Source: Callorhinchus milii (lineage: Eukaryota). From it: 64,000 nt of DNA. Positions 40,691 to 53,620 of this stretch are shown piece by piece (position 1 is the stretch's first letter; each line of letters starts with the position of its first letter). The position numbers were made by a program, and so were the translations under genes. Under the pieces are notes generated by a model that saw only the letters and a program-made list of their open reading frames with translations, did not search any database and was not told the DNA's origin. The stretch is taken from assembly GCF_018977255.1 (NCBI RefSeq), contig NW_024704742.1:105526001-105590000 (forward strand), given 5' to 3'.

Positions 40691-41371
40691 GCAGGAGAAT
40701 CAATCAACCATCTTATAACAGGATCACCCTGCTACTTCTGATTCTAGTGCAAAACGCTGACCACTCAGCCACAGGCAGTGTATAAAATGCACCATTTTAA
40801 TCCTGAACTGTTTCCCAGTGAGATATAGAAGTCCGCTATCATATTGTACACCTGAGTGTGCAATGCATGTTACATGTAATTGATTGGTATAATGTCAGAC
40901 ACTGAAAACAGCTATTTCACTGATAATGTGAAACACTATTTTTCAATCTTTAGCAGAAAAACAGATTTGTGGTCAGGTTATTTTTTTCTTGCGTTCCATA
41001 AATATTTTTCTATTTCTCCACCCTTTCCAAAAAAACTTTTTTTGAAACAAAATCAAACAATATATGCACGAAGCATTAACTTTGTAGATCTTGTGGAATT
41101 CATTTATGGATGGATTTTTGCTTCATCGAGTCTGTTTCACCAGTTTATTAGATCTTATTAAATCTTTTAATCCCAATGGCTCACTCTTTCACTTTACCAC
41201 TTACTTTGTCTACTAACCAGGTTCAGGTTCAAGCGCTCCAGGAAGCTACTCCGCGTGAAGGGCTCTATAGAAATGCAAGTGTTATTCATGCAAAGAATAA
41301 TGCTTCTTCATTTCAGCTGCGATCTGTGATCTGTGAATCAAAATAGCATGGTTTTACAATCCCATTTTGCA

Positions 41372-41540
41372 CCTAATTCCATCACCTGTTGTCACCTTCT
41401 TCTCACCTCCATCATATGTTGTCATCTTGTTCTCACTTCCATTAAGTGTTGTCACCTTAATGTTACCTCCATCATATATTATCACCTTATTGTCACCTCC
41501 ATCATGCCGTGTCACCTCCATCATGTGTTGTCACCTTGCT
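41372..41540. repeat. Degenerate ~30-bp tandem repeat, about 5 copies
   Basis: Unit approximately cacctccatcatatgttgtcaccttgttct. Confidence 0.85.
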
Positions 41541-41835
41541 CAGGTGGCCATTCTTCATGCGAGAGCCTGTAAACTGAGCCATACTCAATCCAGTTCTCAC
41601 ACCATGTTCACACAAGTGCGCTCGCTAACAGGGATCACTGAATAGCAACCAGAGGCTGGAACCCTTGTCTGATTTCACCCTGACTCCCAGGCACTGTGAG
41701 ACAAGTGTAGCACCCCTATCTGTTGGTCTGCGGCACTGCCCTGCACGAGGGGCGCTATATAAATGCAAGTTGTTGTTGTTGTCTTGGTGAGATCAGCTAA
41801 CTCAACATTGAACTGAGGTGAAACCTGCGACTTTA
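41538..41835 (-). mobile_element. Ancient SINE, AmnSINE2-like, interrupted by an L2 tail (41735-41781)
   Basis: caggtggccattcttcatgcgagagcct...gggatcactgaatagcaaccag...gagatcagctaactca matches my recollection of the AmnSINE2 consensus in reverse. Related relics lie at about 3683-3825 (+), 8488-8715 (-), 14335-14440 (-), 44025-44130 (-) and 47300-47470 (-). Confidence 0.6.
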
Positions 41836-43604
41836 TGTTTTGGGATTAAGTGGTCTGTCGGGTCGTTTTTTTTATTGACTTGGCCATCAGGTGAGTTGGA
41901 CTGTATTTATTTTGTTTTTATGTCTAATTTGATAACTTTCTGAATGATTTCCAGAACCACCTTTTCCAGGAGAAGCTTGTTCCGGTTTTGTTCACTATTT
42001 AGAAATGAAGGGTTAGATTGTGTCAGTCACAGGATCACAGCAGCTATCAGTTGTTTACTGCTTCTTATTAAAGTGAGTGAAAATCGTATGGTGTGCACTA
42101 TGGAGTTCAAACATAAAAAGTTAAGTTGGTGTGTTATTCACACCAGTAGTCTCTTATTTACGTGTTTGTTCCATGGACTCTTTTGAAATCTCTGAATCCC
42201 TTGTAAGCAAACCCAGTAAATAGGATAAGATAATTTATGATTCTCTTTTACTTTGCCACATGTCTTCTCTGATTCATTAACTTTACACACTGAGCCACAT
42301 TATTCCAAATTAAGGAACGTCAGAAGCTTTACAAAAAGTCTTCCAGGCATATGTATGGCGTGCATGGTTAGCGCTAGTAAAAATGTAACCAGTGCCTTGC
42401 AGAAGGAGACGAGCTGTCAGATTCAGGTAGGTTTTGAGCAGATTTGCCCTTGTACAGATCCATATTGATACCCTGTCACTTTGTGCAGAGATCTGACAAA
42501 TTGTCAACTCCGCTCAAAAAGTGGATGGCAGAGTGAACCCACATTGTTGCAGACAAGCTGGCGGTCGTGAGATGAAAGTCTTGGTAGATGAAGCCACGGC
42601 ATTCTGCTGCAGTTAATTTACTCACAGGGTTCCTTGTACTACCTTTAAGCTATCACTGAGCTTCCGAGTTAAGTAGTTTCACAGGGATTATGAGGTTCAG
42701 CCGAAACAAAGTAAAATGGGTTTGTGGCAAATTAAGAATAAATCTTATTATGAATATGTGACTCAGCGAGGTGAGTCGGTCATTGTTTAGTTCTGAGAAT
42801 GACTCCTTGTAGATATCATTTAGCCGTTTGCTTTGTACAAGGAATATGCAAGGTTGGACATCTGGCTGGTCTCATTTTCTAAATATAATTGTTCATGATC
42901 TCTCACACGCTCGGTCTTTCCCCCCTACAGCATAAATGGATCCAGTTCCCTCTTAAAATGAACCCTGTTCTTATCCAGGGAAAATCTTCCACATATTTGC
43001 CACCTCTTTTTATGTGGTTACTGGTAAATCTAAGCCATCTATTTGCCACTGAAGCTTGCTCCTTGACCTGTTCTCTTGCTCATTCTTCAGACAATCTTTT
43101 CCTCAACTTTCGATTCAATTCACTTTTAAATGTTGTTCTTTACTGGGCTTCAGCAACTATTTGTGCTAAAGCATTCCACATTTGAACAACACTCTGTGTT
43201 CAAAAAAAGTCATCTAACCTCTCCCTTTCTTTTTCTGCCCTAAACCAGTTCTGTTGAATGGTTGGAATTCAAAAGTTTCACATTTTTTGACTCAGTTTGC
43301 ACATTTGCACTCACCGCACAAGTGATGCAACTTGTCTTTAAAGATACACTTAGTCCTTTGCCACTAACTTGTGACCCTCTGTTGGATCCTGAGATGTTAT
43401 GCTGTACTGTCAGTCGATATGACAAGGTCAGTTTTTATTCTTGTTTTTGAAAGAAATAATATAGCCCTCTGAGAGCTGCTTGTTTTTATTCTGAATCAAG
43501 CTTTACCATTTTCTCAAACTTTCCACTTAAACGGTGCCCTACTCTAGAAAGCCATGTATATTTTATTTTTTGCCAAATTCCTCCCCACATAGGAGATAAA
43601 ACTT

Positions 43605-43975
43605 GGACTCCTTTTGATTTTAAAGGAGCAAGACAATATAGATCACGACAGGCTTTTTCAACTTGTCCAGAATAGTAAAACCAGAGGACACTGCCTGCGA
43701 TTGAAGGGGCGGAAATTCAGAACGAATCTACGCAAACACTATTTCAGTGAGCGAACAGTGAGCCTGTGGAACAGGCTCCCTAGAGCGACGGTTGAAGCAG
43801 GAAGTGTTGATTCTTTTGAACACAGACTAGATAGTTTTCTTTTAGGAAATAACATTATGGGATATAGTACATAGATAGTTTGGGACCTATGTGCATGTGG
43901 CCGCCCTGAAGGTAGAAGGTGAACTAGATGGACCTTGGTCTTTTCTCGTCTAGCATTTCTTATGTTCTTATGTTC
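43605..43975 (+). mobile_element. CR1-clade LINE 3' fragment
   Basis: ORF 43614-43874 (TRGHCLRLKGRKFRTNLRKHYFSERTVSLWNRLP...SFEHRLDSFL) is a typical CR1 ORF2 C-terminus. The element ends in (TTCTTATG)n. Confidence 0.9.
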
Positions 43976-44295
43976 AGAAAGACGCAATTCCACCATTCCA
44001 CCATCCTTAGTGTCCCTACTCCATAGGTGAGCCTGGATGCTCAGTATCTGATCGTTATTCAGCTGTAGGAAGGGTGAGCCCAATCCTGTCCTCACCCAGC
44101 CTGCCAACACATACAGCTGTGGTCACTGGGTCCTTAGCAAATTAAGAATAAATCTTGGTATGGGTATAAACTTCAGCTAGGAGAGGTGAGTCAGCCACTG
44201 GCAGGAACAGATTGCTTCAGTGCTATTTGGTCCTGGTTGTCATCTACTACATCTGACTATCAGCGTATTGAGATGTACTTCAGTTGCTACACCAC

Positions 44296-44655
44296 AATAA
44301 TAAAAATAATTATAATAATTAGGAGAACATCTCAAAGTGCTTCACAGGATTACAATAAAGTGTAATGACTGCGTGTTTAGTAGGCAAACATTGCGGTCAA
44401 TTTTGCACAAAACAATGTCCCACAAACAGTCATAAAGTGAATGACAGATCTTATGTGAGGGTTTATTGGCCAGGACCCCAGGAAAAAACTCCCTTCTCTT
44501 TTCGAATAGTGGCATGGGATCTTTAACGTCCTCTTGCAGAGGCATCCATGACCTCGGGTTAATGTCTCTTCCGAAGGACGGCATCTCCCACAATGCAGCC
44601 CTGCATTTCAGTGTCTACCTGAACTCAAGTGCTACCAATGAAGCCAGGCTGACAC
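44296..44655 (-). mobile_element. Deu-domain SINE family B
   Basis: aactcccttctcttttcgaatagtggcatgggatctttaacgtcc core and head remnant gccaggctgacac. Confidence 0.78.
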
Positions 44656-47600
44656 CTACCTATTGCAGTCTAATAGGGGGTACCTGAGTTCACCTCAATC
44701 TCAGCCTATTGAAATGTAACTCAGCTGGTTTGATTCTGACCAGTTCCTCCTTTGTGCCAGTTTGACGCTGATTCCTGGATCCATGATGAATATTTTGATT
44801 CCTTCCTATAACTGATTCATTTCATCGGTTTTCATGGAATCCTACCAGCACAGGAGGAGGCCATTCAGCCCATCAGTTCTGTGACAACTCTCTAAACGCA
44901 CTATAATTTAGTTTCACTTTCCTTCCCTTTCTCCATAACCTTTTATATTTTGCCATTTTCAAACATATGTCCAGTTTCCTGTTAGAAACAGCTATGAATT
45001 GTGCTCTAGCTGTATTGATCATAATAATAATCAGCTTCACATTTGATCTTCTGTTTTCTATCAAAACATTTCAAAACACTTCAGAGTTTTTTTTCATGTG
45101 ACGTGCAGATGAATGTATTTAAAGGTCAGCATGGCTATCATTTACAGCCATGAAGGGAATTAACATTTACTTTAATCTTGGGAAATCTTAGCCAGCTCAT
45201 GTGGTAGTAACCCATGCACAGTCACTACACTTTACATTAAGTATATCCTGTGAGGCACTTTGAAACATCCACTCACTGTTAAAAGCACTATGCCGAATGC
45301 AAAGATTATTCTTTTTATTTTTATTATCATAAACCTCACGGTGCTTCTTTTTTTGTCATGATCTTAAAACCATGCCCCGTGGGAACAATACCCACATGTG
45401 CGGCCTGTGTACATATTTCCATGGTCTCAGAGCCCCATGGTCCTTAAAGTGATCTGTTGTGAGGTGGAATTGTTTAACTCTGGATTCAGTGCTGTTTTGC
45501 GCTGAGTCAAAATAAAATATTATGAAAGGTAATAATAGGAGCATTTTGCCAGCCTGGCTCAAATAGAATCACTCTGAACTCTGAGTCAGAAGGTTGTCCC
45601 ATTGCTGGGCCTTGGACTTCACTCTAGCTCACTGCTGTGGGAGTGCTGCATTGTCAGAAGTGCCATTGTTCCGCTGAAGTCCTGAAGTCCTGTCTGACTG
45701 ATCGAAATAATCGAAAGAACAAAATCTGCACAAATAGAAAGAGAAGCAATTTGAGATGTCTGCATGGTGTGAAAGGCGCTATATCAAATATAAAGGTTAT
45801 TATTATTTATTAATTTGCTCTGACAGTGAGCAGTCGTTCTGTACTCTTTATCTCACAAAAAACAGCAAAAGAGTTGAGGAGAAAGCTGCTGGCTTTCTTC
45901 ATCACCAAAAAACACAGTACGGATGTTGTAGGGGAAGACTAAATGAGAACTGAGCATGAGGAGTGCGGAGACAAAACAATAGAGAGAAAGAAAGGAGGGC
46001 ACAGAATGGGAAATGATGGAACTTTGCGGAAGGAAGAGTGAAAGGAGACATGTTGGGGAACACTGGGACCAAAAGAAACTTAGAAAAAGCAGAACTGAGA
46101 GAACCAGAATCTGGTTCATACATCGTTTATATGTGTGGTTTGAAACGTTGACTACTGTTGGTGAGCAGAGTGTGTATAAATTGTAAAAAAAGGATTTGTG
46201 AAAAAAGAAGTGTATGGTTATATCACTTCCCAATGTTGGCCATCTGAAACTCTGATCACACGTTGCTATCTTGCCAGCATCCTCCCCTGACCACAACCCT
46301 TTGTCTTCCACTTCTTCCACCTCCATTATGGTTTGATTTTACACTTTGTGCCCTATTTAACTATCAGATCTGGCATTTAAATCTAACCTTTAATTTCTGT
46401 TTTTAAGATTTCCAAGTGTAGTGGGAGTGACTTCTGCACCAGTATAATTTTACAGTTTTGTGGTTTGAGTAACGTGTTTGAAGAACAGATGTGATTTACA
46501 AGCCAGATGTGTCACAGCCTTGAATCAGAATGCCCTCTTTTCATGCCTTCTTCCATGATTCAGTGCTCTTTTGTGTATTTCAATCTATGCAATACGAGAA
46601 AGTGCAAAACAAGAGTTGATACAGCTTGGAATTAGGCTGCGGACCAAGATCAATTGCAGTAGTAATCTCCACCCCAACGTAAAGAGCACAAATGAGGCCC
46701 CACTATCAGAGCCACATGCATGAGGTTACTGGGTTCAACCCAGGTACCCACGATCTACCATTGGGATTTCATGAGAGAAGAAGTTAATTAACAGGGAAAG
46801 TTTTGCATGCTCGGATCCCGAGGAATTGAATCGCTCTGTATGAGCAGAAATTCCGCAGTAATCCCCACACTTTCACTAATGAATCCTGTTCTTCTGTACT
46901 CCACTTATGCCATTCACCCTGTTCCTGCAGCAAGGAAACAACTATGTTCCATGAAGACATCCCAGAAAATCCATAGAGATCTATGTCAGTCAGAGATCTT
47001 TTGACTGATCCAATTGACTGATCTATACTGATTTCTATAGCTGTTACTTCTGTTTCTACTCAGATATCTTTCCAGTTGCTTTGCGCCGGTTCATCACAGC
47101 TTTGATGGCGTGTGTTGAGTGTCTGAGCAGCCCTGGATTGTGATGCTGGCATGTTTTCTAATCTGTGGCACGGGTTTGGTGGCAGATTACAATCCCATTC
47201 AATTAGAGAAATGCTAAGGATGGGAAGCACAAGTTTAAAAATGGTGGATTTATTTCGTGTTTCCTGAAGGCGCTGACTTTCACTGGGGTGCAGTTTCGGC
47301 TCCTGATCTCATTTGCCATTCACACACAGGTACATTGCAAGCAGGGTTCAGCAGGTTACAGTAAGCAGTTGGAGGCCTGGCTGATTGTTCCCACGAAATC
47401 CTTGACTGGGAGAACTGAGGTTATCAGCAACACTCCAAACTGATGTCCCAGTTGAGATTAGCAAACTGGATACTCTGCTTTGTTTGTAGTGCTGCACTAG
47501 CCTTTACCATTAGGACTGTTAGAGGAGGCTGGGAATCTATATACAGAAAACTCCTGACAACTAGACTTTGGATTAACTTGTCACTACCACTTGCTGTAAA

Positions 47601-47682
47601 TATCGTGGCCACTTGCCATGCAATTATCAATAAGGGACTCTGCTTTATTGTCACTCTGTTTAACATGTAACTAGACATATTC

Positions 47683-48130
47683 TAGAAATTCTTGTAAGTA
47701 CTGTACTTACTCGGGACTAACTCGTCCTTTAAAATGGCATCTTGCATTTCAGAGGCCTCCCGCTCTATCCTGTGACTGGTGCGGGAGCTGGTGGAGGTTG
47801 GTCACGTACGCTCAGATACATCACAGAGGCCTCTGGTTTGCTGGAGAGTTGTGCTATGGCCTCCCACCCCACCTCCCACTCTATCCTGTGACAAGGTAGG
47901 GAGTGAGACTATGGCGCTGCCCTTCAATAGACAAATGGCCTCTGCGACAGGACAGGACCGGGGAGGCCTCTGTGATGGATCTGAGCATGCGCTCCCAACC
48001 TCCGCCAAGCGCCCACACTAATTACTGCGCCCTCTTGTGGCCCAGGAGGATTTATGTGTAACTCACCACTTCGGATAAGTCGTCACTGAGCCCTTTTACC
48101 TGCGAGTGACGAGTTACCAAGAATTTACTA
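47683..48130. mobile_element. Palindromic MITE-like element
   Basis: Ends tagaaattcttg / caagaatttacta are imperfectly inverted. Internal ~55-bp inverted arms at 47779-47833 and 47963-48018. Confidence 0.65.
48027..48042 (-). promoter_or_regulatory. CTCF-like motif
   Basis: Minus strand GGCCACAAGAGGGCGC versus the core consensus CCASYAGRKGGCRS (one mismatch). Motif match only. Confidence 0.5.
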
Positions 48131-48775
48131 TATCTATATGTATATCAAAACTTACTAGTTTACAACAGACTTAAGGAAAATTGTGTTAACAAGGAAGAGC
48201 GAGAGGACAAAGTCATTCATTTGAAATCAATGAGTAATGCAGGACTGCTGGAATTGCCTTTCACCACTTCATACCCAAGCGACTATACATTAAACTGAGT
48301 AGTCTCTCATAATTCAACACAAGTTGAGGGAAGCAGCAGTGTTCTGTTTACTGGGAACTTATTGAATATGACAAGAAGATGGATTCGCGCCTATTCCTGT
48401 AAGCGAGATGATAATCGGTAGACTTGCTAAATGAAAATGGATTGCAGAAACAGTGACAGAGCTGCTGCCTTACACTCCTATCAATTAGGCAAAATGCGTA
48501 AATAAAGTGATGGGAGGAAAGAATTCTATATTGTGGAGAAACACTTCAACCCTCATTTTCAGGGCAATTATTCAGATTGCTTTTCTTTTCCCTATCCTGT
48601 CTCCTGACTCATTGTACAGAGAATAATGGACACGTTACAGCTTGAGATTCAGATGGTGTCAGACTGGAAGAGCAATTAGATCACTACCTTGCAATTACTG
48701 GAACTCCGTGTAGGGGGGAAAATCGGTGTGACAGGAGCGGGAAATTGTGGGCAACGAGTGCCGGGATCAAGGCAA

Positions 48776-48982
48776 CATAATAATAATAATCCTTGCATTT
48801 GATATAGCCTTTTCATATCTTCTAGATGTCTCAAAGAGCTTCACAGAATATATTGTAAAGTGAATTGACTGTATATTTGTTGTCGAAACGCAGCAGCAAG
48901 TTGCGCACAGCAGTGTCCCACAAAGAGTCGTGGGTTGAGTGACCAAATTATTATTGTTTTTTTTTCTTGAGGGATTATTTTC
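48776..48982 (-). mobile_element. SINE family A 3' half
   Basis: Reverse complement of the family A 3' region with a TAGAA-loop tail. Confidence 0.82.
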
Positions 48983-49779
48983 AACATGTTCGATGAGAGG
49001 GAAGTGTAGTACATCCCTGTGTCCCATTGATCTTTGTTACCTCGATGCTGTGTGGGCGATTCAGGTTAATATTCTGATTGAAGATTGAACTGATTTGTTT
49101 GCCAGCGGAGTGTCTCACTGATACATTGATGTCACCTGTTGGGTTGTTGCACAGAGTGCTTCCGCCAGAAGAAGTCATGGTTTTGACATAATTATGGGCA
49201 AATTCAGATTGATTACCAGGAGGGTTTGTGGCCAGTACGCTAAATAAATAAACTGTTATTCAGTGAGATGCCTTTAGCTGCACTGAACACCTGTATGTGT
49301 CATAAAGATTGGTTCAGATTTAGTGAAGTTCTTGGAGATTTCTTTACATTTAGTATAAGTCCACATTGCAGCAGCTTCATTACCAATTTCTTATTTCTCT
49401 TGCTTACCTACAAAACATACAGTCACTTCACTTTACAGCAAATCCAGTGAACAGCTTTGAGACGTCCTCCCGACATGAAAGGCATGAAAGGCGCTGTACC
49501 AGATAATCGTTTTTTTTTGCTCTGCCATGTGAAGCTGTAATAAAAAAAGTGGCAGTGAGCAGGCATAAAAACTACTGTATGTGAATTAAAAGTTCTTAAA
49601 ATAACAAAAATGCTTTAGTAAATTATAATAGTAAAACAATGATTTGTCAAAATGCCCTTTCATATTGAAAGGGGAATTTTGAGAAATATAACAGGGAGGC
49701 TAATTATAAAAGAATTTTAAAAATTGCATTTGCTATTGCCCTATAAAGTTGAAACATCAAAATCTGCTTTACGGTAATT

Positions 49780-50110
49780 ACTGTGTATTGTGTAGGTAAA
49801 TACAGCAGCCAATTTGGGTACAACAATGTCCTGTAAGCAGCAATGAAATTATTTCATTTTCTGGATTGTTGGCTAGGAAACTGGGGCTAAGAAACTTTTC
49901 TTTTCAAATTGTGCCATGGGATCTTTAATGCCTTCCTGAATAGGCAGACAGAACCTTGTTTGACAACAACAACAACGTGCATTCACATCGCTCCCATCAC
50001 GCAGTGTAGAATCCCGGAGCGCTTTAACGTCTCATCCGAATGACAGCACCTCTGACAATGCAGGACTCCCGAAGCTGCACTGGAGTCAGCCTAGATTGTG
50101 AGCTCAAAGT
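49780..50110 (-). mobile_element. Deu-domain SINE family B interrupted by an L2 tail (about 49963-50025)
   Basis: gtgccatgggatctttaatgcc...ggcagaca, then aacaacaacaacgtgcatt..., then resumes tttaacgtctcatccgaatgacagcacctctgacaatgcag. Confidence 0.7.
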
Positions 50111-50984
50111 GTCCAAAGATGCCAAAGGCAGAGCAAGGTTCCTCTAGTATGCAACTTTGCGCTTGGTAGATTGGACTTGCACACTTGAATGTAATTTTGA
50201 TCCATGATTAAACATTTCAAAAGAGCAAATGGAATGGACCGTGTGAATTAGTTTGATGGCAGCACAGTTGGTACATATTGAAAACTTCAATTGTTGGCGA
50301 CAAACACTTTCTAAGTGTTTGCTCTACGTGCTTCTTCACCTACACGCTCTCCTGTCTTATGAGAGCTGATGTCCTTTTTTCAATTTTAGGTAGGATTTTG
50401 TGAGAGCAGTTGTGTATATTACAGCTAATCTATTTATGCACTTCATTATTTTCCTAGTTATGTGGCGGAGGTGATTGAGCTGAACCTAATGATAATACAG
50501 AATGGCAAATACAATGAAAATTAACATTTATATTTCTTTTGATCAATTAAAATTAAAGGACCGAGTGCTGCTGGCTTTGCATGGGATGTCGGGACAGTGG
50601 GGGAGGAATTTTGTTTGATTGGATTGGGAAAGGAGAGAGGAGCGAGCTCAAATCCCTTTTAAATCCCATTGTGGCTTGGCCCCACCCTACCAAAATGACC
50701 TCCGATAACCCTACTGACCAGGCCGCTCGCTCTGCTCAACAACAGTAACCTGCTTCTTGTCCCCTGCCTGATCCACCCCACCGAAGGTCAGGGAGCTTTC
50801 GACCACACTTTTCCCCTCACAAAACTACTCAGGATCCTCTCCCCCACACCACAGCTCAGATGCTCCATCAGCAATGCTTTGATCTATCTTCCTGATGTGA
50901 AGGTACTATGTAATTGTAAGTTATTGTTGCTGCTTACTGACATTTTCCATTGTTCATTGTTGCTATCTCGTCGTTTATTAATGG

Positions 50985-51720
50985 ATCAGTCTGACTCAGT
51001 TGGTAGCTTTCTTGCTTCTCAGTCAGAAGATTGTGGGTCAGTGCTGTGGTTGACATTTCCATGCATTGCTGGGGGTGGCTGCATTGTTGGAGGTAATATC
51101 CTTAAGATGAGATGTTAAACCAAGGTCCTGTCTGCCTGTTCAGGTTTTTTTGGTCAGACAGGTGTCTGACATATGCAGAAACCCATCACCATGCTTAAAA
51201 GTATCCAAACCAAGCTGAGATTTCCATGCATTCCACCTACACATGGAAATCACAGAGATAGATTGACTGTTTGTGGGACATTATGGCTGTGCATAAATTG
51301 GCTGCCAACCACACAACCACAATAATAATAATCCTTGCATTTGATATAGCGCTTTTCACGTCGGGAGGACATCCCAAAGCGCTTCACAGAACACACTGTA
51401 AAGTGAATTGACTGTATATTTGTGGGCGAACGCGGCAGCCAATTGCGCACAGCAATGTCCCAGAAACAGTCGTGGATTGAAAATGACCAATTTATTATTG
51501 TTTGGGTTTTGGAGGGATTATTATTAGGCTCTGTGTGGAGTAAGGAAACTTGCCTAAGGTTTCGCCCTCTGCCTGGAATTGAACTCAGGTCTCTCTCTTG
51601 CAAAGCGAGTGCTCTAACCACTGAGCTACAGGATTCCACAATACACAATCACTGCACTTCACAGGAAATCCAGTGAACTCACTTATGCGTCAAGATGTCC
51701 TAACGTGAAAGGCGCAATTA
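50985..51720 (+). mobile_element. Deu-domain SINE family B hosting nested insertions
   Basis: Head and core at 50985-51144, 3' region at 51262-51320 and 51638-51720. Confidence 0.72.
51321..51637 (-). mobile_element. SINE family A, short form, nested in an older Deu-SINE
   Basis: Near-identical to 5163-5480. Candidate target-site duplication ACAATA at 51319-51324 and 51638-51643. Confidence 0.92.
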
Positions 51721-53620
51721 TCCTTCTCACCATCCATTCCTCCCATCTTTGCAGTCCATAAGCAGCAGTTATTGAAAAATGTGAGAGGTTATGCTATTTA
51801 AAACTGAAAACTTTTTCTTGAAGTAACTGAAAGTTCAATGGGAATTTGGATCAGTTGCTTTATTTTTATTTTTTTCTCCTTACAAAGAGCCCGGGCTAGA
51901 TATAATGGGACCTAATATTTTTCCAGTGTGGTCACACTGGTTGAAGGTTAACTTTGTCTGAATGAGAAATAGACTCACTAAGAGCGCTCTCCTGGTTTAA
52001 CAAGCGTTCACACAGATGGACCAATTTCTCTTGTTTTGGGGATTAGGAAACCTAACCTGACGCAAACGATTACTGTCGCCTTGGATTCCTCTCTGATTCG
52101 GTTCAACGTTTTTGCGGGTGGGAAGGTTGAAATGGTCAGTGATCATATCCCAAAAGAGGAGAAAGCAAGCCCAAAGCAGTTTGTTTAGCACCAGGGGCAG
52201 GTGGTTCTTTATAATGACCTGCAGCGAGCACAGAGAGATCAGAATGGCAGATTTAAGATAGGTCAGCTTCAACAATGGGATCAAAGGGAGATCACTACAG
52301 AATAATAAGGCCTCTGCATTTAATTGCGACAAAAGTGCTAATTGGATTGCAAGTCACCTTTATGTGTTTTTTGCCCCAATTAGCCAGTCATCCCTGGCTA
52401 ACTCCTTATTACAAACGATTATGGATTCTGAAGGTTTCTCCACCAGTAACTTTGATGTTCCCTACCTGTGACAGACAGGAAACGAGAGACTGATGAGCTT
52501 CTTTTTAAGGCTGGATTATTGATGTAATTGCCAGCCATAAAGGGTTGATGGCTGTGCCATGGTCAAGCCACGCTGCTCGGCAGAGCGGGTAACTTTTCGT
52601 GTCATTAGTCTATTTATTCAGCTTTCATGCAGCAGAATTCACTTAGCTACCTTAAGGTGAACACAGTGAATTTCATATACGCCAGTAGGCATCAGTTGGT
52701 TTAATTGTGGAATTAAAGACAAACTCTCTGAGATTCTCTGATGCAGCAACTTATCACTTGTTGTTAAGACTCTCTTTGGTGGCGTTGTGGTGAAGTGGGA
52801 AGAAAACGTGATAATGCAGTGATAAAGGAGTTATGTTTTTGATCAGCTGGGTGTCAAGATCTGTCTCTTTGGCTGCGCTTTTGATCATCGTACCTTATAC
52901 AACCCCTACATCTTCCTCAGTTCTATCCTCCCCAACCCCCAGCTCTGTGCCCAGTCAGCTGTGTAAGCTCCTTTGAGACGCTACCCCACTTGAAGGCTGC
53001 TATATAAATGCAAGTTGTTGTTGAGACATCCTCCCGACTAGAAAGTAACTATATAAATGTAAACTGTTGCTGTTGTTGTCTGATAGGTGGAAACCCATCA
53101 CCATGATCAAGTGTATCAAAACTAAAATATGAGTTCAACAAATATATATATTCCACACATGGAAATTTCCCTGGGGCTGAAATGGCATGCGCACTTTCTT
53201 ACCAGAAAATATTAGGCAGGTTGACAACAGCCAAGGCTTAGGGACCCCAGAGTGTACGTTGAGGTACTGCTGGAGTTTATTCCCATTGTGAGCTTTTAAT
53301 TGCCCATAAAATGCATGATCATTTTATGATGAATTTGGACACTAAGTGCCATAAAGCACACACACTCCAAATTGTGGTGTTGGGCCACTGGGTGATGTGG
53401 TGCTGAGGCTGTCAGCAAAGACCACAGGCTGACACATACCAGGAGCAGTGATTATAGTGATTATTTATTGGTGGAAAGCCTAATATCTGTAAAAGAGCAG
53501 TTTTTAGAGAGCCAAGTTCCTTTACAATGCTGGTTCAGAATTTTTTGTAAGTGTTGAAATTCACATGCCTTTGTATTGTATGAAGTTGCAGCAACAAAAC
53601 AATTCAGAGATAATTCAGAG

